Below, piece after piece: positions 56,941 to 64,000 of a stretch of 64,000 nt of DNA. Below the pieces are notes generated by a model, which did not search any database, was not told the origin of the DNA, and worked only from the letters and a program-made list of their open reading frames with translations. The position numbers and the translations under genes are program-made. The stretch comes from Candidatus Zhuqueibacterota bacterium (lineage in GTDB: Bacteria; Zhuqueibacterota; Zhuqueibacteria; Thermofontimicrobiales; Thermofontimicrobiaceae), in contig JBMOPW010000014.1 of assembly GCA_049322915.1 (NCBI GenBank), forward strand, positions 344,983 through 408,982. Direction: 5' to 3'. How positions within the stretch are numbered: position 1 is the first letter of the stretch; every line of letters begins with the position of its first letter.

Positions 56941-57386
56941 GTTGACACCTTAAAAAAAATTATAGAGTCATCTGTATAGCGCTATCTGGTTTAGGATTCA
57001 TTCAGCTGTACGAGCATGACTTAAAAGATAGTGATGATGCGCAGCAGCGATTTGAAACCATCGGGATGGTTCACAAAAAATTTGGACTGGATTTGGCCTG
57101 CCGTCACATCATTGGGTGAAATAAATATAGCGCGAACCGTCGCAAATTGCAAGCGAAAAAATAGTGTCATTTTAGACGGTGGGATGCATGAAAAGTTGGC
57201 TGGAAATTTTCTCCCAACCGCACCAGCGATGGCAGCGTGGGTGTTGCCAGAGACGGAATGTTCGGAGAATCGATTTAATTCTATGGTCAAAAAATAAAAA
57301 TGTCACGCGCCTGGAAATTTTAAAAACAAAGATGCGTGACATGAATATCGGATTTTATGGTGATCAATCAGGAGGATCAAATCGAT

Positions 57387-59738
57387 TTAGCCGCACTCAG
57401 AATAACCGCAAGCGCGGCATACCATACACCCACCCTCGTGCTCGATCTGTCCGCCGCATTCCGGACAGGCGCCTCCGCTGGTGGTGTAAATGGACGGATC
57501 GTCCTGCATGTTGAGATATTTGCCAATGGCTTTGGACACGGCATCGGCGCACGAGAGGACTTTTTCGTTGCCCAATCCGCTTGGTTTGTGGCACGTGATG
57601 CCCATGAGCGATTTGCGGACTTCATCCGGGGAGACGCCATTGCGCCAGGCTAATGAGATGAGACGACCAATGGCTTCGGATTGGCTGGCGGCGCAGCCGC
57701 CGGCTTTTCCGATTGTATTGAATAATTCGATAGGCCCCTGTTCGTCCTCGTTGATGGTGATGTAAATCGAACCACAGCCGGTGCGAAGGCGCAATGTTTT
57801 TCCGGTCAATACCGATGGCCTGTTTCTTCTGATAGGTTCGACGGTGACGACCTTCGGAGCAGTTGCCGACTTGCCTTTGTTCAACACCTGAACATCGCGG
57901 CTGCCATCGCGATAAATGGTCACGCCTTTGCAGCCCAACTCGTAGGCGCGTCGATAGGCATCATTCACATCCTGCAATGTGGCGTCATTGGGAAAATTGA
58001 CCGTCTTGGAAACGGCATTGTCCGTATATTTTTGAAATGCAGCCTGCATCTGAATATGCCATTCCGGAGAGATGTCGTGGGACGTGATGAAAACCTGGCG
58101 TACGTGTTCGGGTATATCATTGAAGTCCTGAATGCTTCCCTTTTCGGCGACGCGTTTCATCAGATCATCGCTGTAAAAACCCTCATCACGGGCGACTTGC
58201 TCGAACAATGGGTAGACTTCCAGCAGCTTGTCATCATCCATCACATTGCGGACAAAGCTCAGTGCGAACAGCGGTTCGATGCCTGAAGAGCAGCCGGCAA
58301 TGATGCTGATGGTGCCGGTCGGCGCGATGGTCGTTCGTGTGGCGTTGCGATATTCCGGGCCATCCGGAAAGTAGACGCTCTTTTCATAATTGGGAAATGG
58401 ACCGCGCTCAGCGGCTAATTCCTGTGATTGCCGATTAGCTTCCTGAAAGATAAACTTCATGATGTCGCGTGCCGTTTGGATGGCGTCCTCGCTGTTGTAA
58501 GGAATGCCCAATTTGATCAGCATGTCGGCGAAGCCCATTATTCCGAGACCGATCTTCCGATTGCCTCTGGTCATTTTTTCGATCTCGGGCAGAGGAAATT
58601 TATTTTTATCAATGACATTGTCCAGAAACAGCACCGCCGTCCGGATCGTCCTGCGCAGCTTGTCGAAATTGATGCTTTTATTTTCTACCATCAGCGACAG
58701 GTTGATAGAACCTAAATTACAGCTTTCATAGGGCAGCAGGGGTTGCTCGCCGCAGGGATTGGTGCTTTCGATCTGACCAATTTGCGGCGTTGGATTGTCA
58801 AGATTAATTTTATCCAGAAATACGATACCCGGATCTCCATTTTTCCAGGCCATGGTAACAATTTTATCGAAGACGTCGCGCGCTTTCAGCCTGCCGGAGG
58901 GCAGCTTGGTGCGGGGATTTATCAGATCATATTCGTCATTATTTTTCAGCGCCTGCATAAACGTATCCGTGATGCCAACGGAGATGTTGAAATTGTTCAG
59001 CGCGTCATTATCCTGCTTGCAGGTGATGAAATCCAGAACATCCGGATGATCCACGCGGAGTATGGCCATGTTGGCGCCACGGCGAGTGCCGCCCTGTTTG
59101 ATGGCCTCTGTGGCCGCATCAAAAACTTTCATGAACGAGATCGGTCCGCTGGAAACTCCTTTTGTGGATTGGACAATATCCCGATTGGGTCGAATGCGGG
59201 AGAAGGAAAATCCGGTTCCACCGCCGCTTTTATGAATCAGGGCGGTGTGCTTGATGGTCTCGAATATGCTTTCCATGGAATCTTCCACTGGCAGCACAAA
59301 ACAGGCAGAGAGCTGTCCCAGTTTTCTGCCGGCATTCATCAGGGTCGGCGAATTGGGGAGGAATTCCAGTGAGGCCATGGCTTGGTAGAACAGTTCCTCG
59401 GCGCTGGCTAAATCGGCGTTTTCGTCATAAATGCTATTGGCCGACGCGATGAATTTCGCGATACGTCTGAACATCTGTTCGGGCGTCTCCACGACTTTGC
59501 CATTTTTATCTTTTATTAAATATCGCCGTTCCAACACTTTCAATGCATTTTCGGACAGCACTGGCTTTAGATCAGGTTTCATTTCAACAGGTTCAGTTTC
59601 TTTGTGGAAAGGTTTTTCCGATGAGATTTTCAATTGGATGCTTTTTGAGTTGTCGTTTGTGACGGATGCGGTGGAGTCGATTTCCAATTCATCAAACAAG
59701 TTTATCGTGCTCGATTCACCGATGTAAATTTTGGGCAT
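57387..59738 (-). CDS. nrdJ: Class II (adenosylcobalamin-dependent) ribonucleotide reductase with TSCPD domain and Zn ribbon
   Basis: PNSPTLMNAG, SACFV, QGGTRRGANM, TNPCGEQ, IAPTGTIS, KGVTIYRDGS, C-terminal CPECG...CRACGYSEC; start 59738 with GAGGTG RBS (alternative MKPDL). Confidence 0.92.
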   Translation of the reverse strand: MPKIYIGESSTINLFDELEIDSTASVTNDNSKSIQLKISSEKPFHKETEPVEMKPDLKPVLSENALKVLERRYLIKDKNGKVVETPEQMFRRIAKFIASANSIYDENADLASAEELFYQAMASLEFLPNSPTLMNAGRKLGQLSACFVLPVEDSMESIFETIKHTALIHKSGGGTGFSFSRIRPNRDIVQSTKGVSSGPISFMKVFDAATEAIKQGGTRRGANMAILRVDHPDVLDFITCKQDNDALNNFNISVGITDTFMQALKNNDEYDLINPRTKLPSGRLKARDVFDKIVTMAWKNGDPGIVFLDKINLDNPTPQIGQIESTNPCGEQPLLPYESCNLGSINLSLMVENKSINFDKLRRTIRTAVLFLDNVIDKNKFPLPEIEKMTRGNRKIGLGIMGFADMLIKLGIPYNSEDAIQTARDIMKFIFQEANRQSQELAAERGPFPNYEKSVYFPDGPEYRNATRTTIAPTGTISIIAGCSSGIEPLFALSFVRNVMDDDKLLEVYPLFEQVARDEGFYSDDLMKRVAEKGSIQDFNDIPEHVRQVFITSHDISPEWHIQMQAAFQKYTDNAVSKTVNFPNDATLQDVNDAYRRAYELGCKGVTIYRDGSRDVQVLNKGKSATAPKVVTVEPIRRNRPSVLTGKTLRLRTGCGSIYITINEDEQGPIELFNTIGKAGGCAASQSEAIGRLISLAWRNGVSPDEVRKSLMGITCHKPSGLGNEKVLSCADAVSKAIGKYLNMQDDPSIYTTSGGACPECGGQIEHEGGCMVCRACGYSECG

Positions 59739-59818
59739 AGCACACCTCAGCCTCATGGTTGTTGAAAAGCATAAAGTTACGAATATTAACTGATTTTTCT
59801 TGTTCACGTTGGCCACTC

Positions 59819-59847
59819 AATATACAATGCTGGGATGAAATTGTCAA
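59819..59847 (-). promoter_or_regulatory. Sigma70 promoter for nrdJ
   Basis: Minus strand TTGACA (59847-59842), 17 bp, TATATT (59824-59819). Confidence 0.75.
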
Positions 59848-59863
59848 GGAAAATTTGGAAGAA

Positions 59864-59911
59864 AGTCTATATTTTGTATTGACTCAAATCAATAAATACA
59901 ATATCTTGATA
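59864..59911. promoter_or_regulatory. Tandem NrdR boxes
   Basis: AGTCTATATTTTGTAT (59864-59879) and ATACAATATCTTGATA (59896-59911), 32 bp apart, resembling acaCwAtATaTwGtgt, upstream of an RNR gene. Confidence 0.7.
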
Positions 59912-59962
59912 TTTAAAGAAGTTGGAGATTAAAGTTAAAAAAGATTCATTTTGAAAATTCCC

Positions 59963-59991
59963 TTGACTTGAAATCAAATAATATTTATATT
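59963..59991 (+). promoter_or_regulatory. Sigma70 promoter for the rib operon
   Basis: TTGACT, 17 bp, TATATT, 55 bp upstream of ribD. Confidence 0.7.
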
Positions 59992-60046
59992 AGGCAAATT
60001 TAACAACGTGGAAATATTTCAGGTTAAACGATCTCTTTGAGGATGT

Positions 60047-61147
60047 GTGACTGAGAAACAGATTTTGAAAAAGGTGCTGCAGTTGGCCAGAAAGGGCAGA
60101 GGCAGAGTCAGCCCGAATCCGATGGTGGGATCGATCATTATCAAAGACGGTGAAATTGTCGGGCAAGGTTATCACCGCTGTTTCGGAAAAGATCACGCAG
60201 AAGTTGAAGCGCTCAAAGATGCCGGGGAGCGCGCGAAAGGCGCGACCCTGTACGTGAACCTCGAACCGTGCTGTCATCACGGCAAAACGCCGCCGTGCAC
60301 CGACGCCATCATTCGGGCCGGGATAAAAAAAGTGGTGGTCGGTATGGTCGATCCCAATCCCCTGGTCAACCAGGGCGGTATTAAGATTTTGCGCAGCCAC
60401 GGGATAGACGTCGTGACCGGCGTGGAGGAACAGGCGTGTCTGAATTTGAATCGGGCGTTCGTGAAGTACATTCAGACCGGCCTGCCCTGCGTGACCGTCA
60501 AATTTGCGCAGACCATCGACGGGCGAATCGCCACAAAAACCGGCCATTCCCAGTGGATATCGTCGTTTAAATCGCGGGTTGAAGCCCACCGCATTCGCAG
60601 CGAGAACGACGCTATCATTGTTGGAATCCACACTGTAAAAGCGGATGATCCGCAGCTCACCGTCCGGCACGTTCGCGGCGTCAATCCGTTCCGAATTGTG
60701 CTGGATAGCCATCTGAAAATTCCTCTCACCAGCAAGCTGCTGACGGATGAATTTGTCTCCAAAACAATCATTGCCACGATTGAAACAGAGTCCCCGGTGA
60801 TCGACGCATTGAAACAGCGAGGCGCGCACGTGTGGCCCATCCAAAGCGATTCTCAGGGACGAATTTCCCTGCCGCATCTGCTTCAGAAAATCGGGCAGGC
60901 GCGCATGAGTTCGGTGATGGTCGAGGGCGGCGCGCAGGTGGTCACCTCGTTTCTGAAAGGAAAATTAGCGGATCGAATCATCATTGCTGTCGCGCCAAAA
61001 ATTTTGGGCAGCGGCATTGATTCCGTGGCGGAACTCGATGTGCTGACTGTAGACGAGGGAGTGCTGCTGGAAAATGTCTCTGTCAAAAAAATAGCCGGCG
61101 ATTTGCTCGTCTCCGCGGATTTGAAGTATAACAAGGACGCGAAATAA
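60047..61147 (+). CDS. ribD: Bifunctional pyrimidine deaminase/reductase
   Basis: PNPMVG, HAE, LEPCCH..KTPPC, DGRIA, DDPQL, VEGG. Confidence 0.95.
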   Translation: MTEKQILKKVLQLARKGRGRVSPNPMVGSIIIKDGEIVGQGYHRCFGKDHAEVEALKDAGERAKGATLYVNLEPCCHHGKTPPCTDAIIRAGIKKVVVGMVDPNPLVNQGGIKILRSHGIDVVTGVEEQACLNLNRAFVKYIQTGLPCVTVKFAQTIDGRIATKTGHSQWISSFKSRVEAHRIRSENDAIIVGIHTVKADDPQLTVRHVRGVNPFRIVLDSHLKIPLTSKLLTDEFVSKTIIATIETESPVIDALKQRGAHVWPIQSDSQGRISLPHLLQKIGQARMSSVMVEGGAQVVTSFLKGKLADRIIIAVAPKILGSGIDSVAELDVLTVDEGVLLENVSVKKIAGDLLVSADLKYNKDAK

Positions 61148-61151
61148 GACC

Positions 61152-61787
61152 ATGTTCACTGGCATCATCGAAGAAATTGGCACGGTTCGAAACGTGCAGC
61201 GCCGCGGGTCCGGGATCATTCTCGAAATTGGTACGACGATCCTTTTGGATGATTTGAAAGTGGATCAAAGTGTGTCCGTGAATGGCGTGTGCCTCACCGC
61301 GACCGCTGTGAGCGATTCATCTTTCACCGCGGATGCAGTCGCTGAGACATTGGCGAAATCGACGCTGCAGCATGTGAAAAAAAATGATCGCGTCAATCTG
61401 GAACGGGCGCTGCGATTTCCGGATCGGCTGGGAGGACATCTGGTTCAGGGACATGTGGACGGAGTAGGCGTGATCCGAAATTTTGTACACCAGCCCCAGG
61501 GCAGCACGCTTGTCGTGGAAATCCCCGGCGATTTACAGCGATATACAATCCCGAAAGGATCCATTGCCATGGATGGGGTGAGTTTGACCATTGCGGAAAA
61601 GTCATCCAATGTGCTCACTGTGGCGGTCATCCCCCACACGCGACAGCGTACCGTGTTCCAATTTAAAAAAGTCGGGGATGAAGTGAATATCGAAGTCGAT
61701 CTACTAGCCAAATATGTTGAGCAATTCCTGACCAAACAGGGCGAAACAAAAATCACCCTCGATTGGTTAAAGCAGCAAGGTTTTTAG
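61152..61787 (+). CDS. ribE: Riboflavin synthase (alpha chain)
   Basis: MFTGIIEE, NGVCLT, VNLERA, GGHLVQGHVD, DGVSLT, IPHT. Confidence 0.95.
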   Translation: MFTGIIEEIGTVRNVQRRGSGIILEIGTTILLDDLKVDQSVSVNGVCLTATAVSDSSFTADAVAETLAKSTLQHVKKNDRVNLERALRFPDRLGGHLVQGHVDGVGVIRNFVHQPQGSTLVVEIPGDLQRYTIPKGSIAMDGVSLTIAEKSSNVLTVAVIPHTRQRTVFQFKKVGDEVNIEVDLLAKYVEQFLTKQGETKITLDWLKQQGF

Positions 61788-61822
61788 CCTGCATTATTCA
61801 TAGTATTATTAAAGGAGGCTGG

Positions 61823-61952
61823 CTAACCTGAATGGTACTCTTTTTAGAATAAATGTATAAAAACTGAGTTTCAAAATAGCTTAGCCTTTAGTTAATTGAA
61901 AATCTGAATGTTGACTCAAATTCTGAGCAAGTTCATGAATAATTCAGGTTAG
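61823..61952. repeat. Short inverted-repeat-bounded intergenic insert
   Basis: Perfect 11-bp IR CTAACCTGAAT/ATTCAGGTTAG around an AT-rich interior; ATTCAGGTTAG also occurs at 33101-33111. Confidence 0.4.
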
Positions 61953-62034
61953 AGGACAATGGCAAGGATAAAGATGTTGTGAGCGATGCAACTGAATGAA
62001 AAACACGGTATGAAAATTAGATGAAAGAAGCATC

Positions 62035-63258
62035 ATGCATACGTTTAACACCATAGAGCAAGCAATTGAAGATTATCGGGATGGGAAAATTCTCATCGTT
62101 GTGGATGATGAGGACAGGGAGAACGAAGGCGATTTTATCATGGCCGCGACAAAGATCACACCGGAAAAAGTGAATTTCATGGCGAAATACGGGCGCGGAC
62201 TGATTTGCGTCCCAATGACCGAAGAACGGCTGGAGGAACTGGAATTGCACTCCATGGTTCAGCACAATACGGCGCTGCACGGGACGCAGTTCACCGTGTC
62301 TGTAGATGCTGCAAAGAATATCGCCACTGGCATCTCCGCTCTGGACAGGGCGCACACGATAAAACTGTTGGTCGACCCGGTGACCCGCCCGAATGATCTG
62401 GCCCGTCCCGGACATATTTTTCCCATCAAAGCAGAGCCGGGCGGCGTGCTCAGCCGGGCCGGCCACACCGAAGCTGCAATCGATTTGGCGCGACTCTCCG
62501 GGTTGTATGCCGCAGGGGTGTTGTGCGAAATTATGGATGACGACGGCACCATGGCCAAGGTGCCGGAATTGATGAAAGTCGCACACAAACACGATCTGAA
62601 AATAATTACCATTCGGGATTTGATCGCCTACCGGCACCGAACAGAACATTTGGTCGAGCGAAAGGCGGTCACCAAATTTCCAACCAAGTATGGAAATTTC
62701 ACACTGTATTTGTACAAAAGCGCTATCGACGAACATCATCATCTGGCTGTGGTGAAAGGTGATGTGAGCAATGGCGAGCCGGTGATTGTGCGCGTCCATT
62801 CGCAATGCCTGACCGGCGATATTTTGGGATCGCTCCGATGCGATTGTGGCGATCAACTTCACAAGGCCATGGAGATCATCGAAAAAGAGGGCCGTGGAGT
62901 GCTGCTCTACATGCGCCAGGAGGGACGGGGCATTGGTTTATCCAATAAAATTTTAGCCTATCAGTTGCAGGACAATGGCAGAGACACTGTGGAAGCGAAT
63001 GAGGAGTTGGGTTTCAAGCCGGATCTGCGTGACTATGGAATTGGCGCTCAAATTTTATCCGACCTCGGCATCAAGAAAATCCGACTGCTCACGAACAATC
63101 CTAAAAAAATCGTTGGATTGAAAGGCTATGGGCTGGAAGTTGTGGAGAGAATTCCTGTGGAAATTCCACCCAATGAATGCAATGCCCATTATTTGCAAAC
63201 CAAGCGGGACAAGTTGGGCCATTTGATTCTGAATGGTGATTCTAAATTCTGCGACTGA
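62035..63258 (+). CDS. ribBA: Bifunctional DHBP synthase / GTP cyclohydrolase II
   Basis: [32 protein letters not shown]...[16 protein letters not shown]. Confidence 0.96.
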   Translation: MHTFNTIEQAIEDYRDGKILIVVDDEDRENEGDFIMAATKITPEKVNFMAKYGRGLICVPMTEERLEELELHSMVQHNTALHGTQFTVSVDAAKNIATGISALDRAHTIKLLVDPVTRPNDLARPGHIFPIKAEPGGVLSRAGHTEAAIDLARLSGLYAAGVLCEIMDDDGTMAKVPELMKVAHKHDLKIITIRDLIAYRHRTEHLVERKAVTKFPTKYGNFTLYLYKSAIDEHHHLAVVKGDVSNGEPVIVRVHSQCLTGDILGSLRCDCGDQLHKAMEIIEKEGRGVLLYMRQEGRGIGLSNKILAYQLQDNGRDTVEANEELGFKPDLRDYGIGAQILSDLGIKKIRLLTNNPKKIVGLKGYGLEVVERIPVEIPPNECNAHYLQTKRDKLGHLILNGDSKFCD

Positions 63259-63475
63259 GAGTGTCGCATCAGCCCATATCACTGCCGGCAATTCTTAGTG
63301 GAGACCGCGTTGATGCGGAGCGTATTGTGAGAAGCGTCAGCGGAATGCGCCGGGGTTTCAGACGTTCGATCAACGTAGCGGAGATGTATCGTGATGTTTG
63401 AGCAAGTGCAATCTGCCGTATTCGATGGGCGCGCTCTGCGCATGAATGATGTTTATACTTAGCGATGGAGGTTTT

Positions 63476-63940
63476 ATGCCTACAATATATCAGGGCAAAC
63501 TGCTGGGCAAGAACAAGAAATTCGGTATTGTGGTGAGCCGGTTCAACGAGTTCATTTCCTCAAAATTACTGGCCGGCGCGCTGGATTGCTTTCAGCGGCA
63601 TGATGTGAGCGACGACGACATCGATATTGCCTGGGTGCCGGGTTCATTCGAAATACCGCTCACCGCGCTGCGAATGGCGCAGAGCAAAAAATATGGTGCT
63701 GTCCTCTGCCTCGGTGCGGTCATTCGCGGAGCAACGCCGCACTTCGATTATATCGCCGCTGAAGTGTCCAAAGGCATTGCTCAGGTAAACATGCAGACGG
63801 GTGTGCCCACTGTGTACGGAGTTATCACGGCCGATACGATTGAACAGGCAATTGAACGCGCCGGAACCAAGGCCGGCAATAAAGGCTGGGACGGCGCCAT
63901 GACTGCGCTGGAGATGGTAGACCTCTTCAACAAAATGTAA
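63476..63940 (+). CDS. ribH: 6,7-dimethyl-8-ribityllumazine synthase
   Basis: [37 protein letters not shown]; start MPTIYQG with GGAGG RBS. Confidence 0.96.
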   Translation: MPTIYQGKLLGKNKKFGIVVSRFNEFISSKLLAGALDCFQRHDVSDDDIDIAWVPGSFEIPLTALRMAQSKKYGAVLCLGAVIRGATPHFDYIAAEVSKGIAQVNMQTGVPTVYGVITADTIEQAIERAGTKAGNKGWDGAMTALEMVDLFNKM

Positions 63941-64000
63941 TCGTTTATTTTTCAAAAAATGAAGGCGTCGTTCGCTGATCCGATCGGATTGATGATGACC

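Noticed and set aside
56941..57386. Short ORFs between the OM barrel gene and nrdJ
   Set aside because: Overlapping ORFs on both strands with no RBS or motif support; treated as intergenic.
59992..60046. FMN riboswitch ahead of the rib operon
   Set aside because: Only ~55 nt between the -10 element and ribD, and no AGGGCGGGG/TTCCCGACCG motifs.
1..64000. CRISPR array, tRNA/rRNA, integrase/transposase, selenocysteine or frameshifted genes
   Set aside because: None recognised by eye: no regularly spaced repeat-spacer units and no interrupted conserved genes. tRNAscan/Infernal were not run.

Overview
A 64 kb bacterial chromosomal window, most likely from an FCB-group lineage such as candidate division KSB1 or Calditrichota. 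That assignment is inferred from ten secreted proteins ending in a 'QNYPNPFN...KKxxLxK/R' T9SS-type/FlgD-Ig C-terminal domain (CTD). Housekeeping content: a cinA/pncC-like gene, an FrlA-like APC permease, citF with a fused citD-citE, an RND pump and adaptor, an S46 dipeptidyl peptidase, lspA, nth, ylxR-L7Ae, mpl, rodZ, maf, btuR/cobO, class II RNR nrdJ with tandem NrdR boxes, and ribD-ribE-ribBA-ribH. Four things stand out. (1) A tandem array of four paralogous ~710-aa CTD proteins of unknown function, followed by an S8 protease that shares their modules; three of the four carry a near-identical DNA copy of the CTD on otherwise diverged genes. (2) A GxxExxY PD-(D/E)XK nuclease gene enclosed in nested inverted repeats with IS66-like GTAA ends, inserted between the RND adaptor and permease, with gene-less repeat relatives elsewhere, one with a perfect 8-bp TSD. 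(3) An AT-rich three-gene island with a secreted NlpC/P60-beta-helix-TPR-CTD protein tightly coupled to a signal-peptide partner, a candidate toxin/immunity pair. (4) A secreted papain-like peptidase carrying both cohesin and dockerin modules. No rRNA, tRNA, CRISPR array, transposase or reverse transcriptase was seen. All family calls come from motif recognition by eye; no database search was run.
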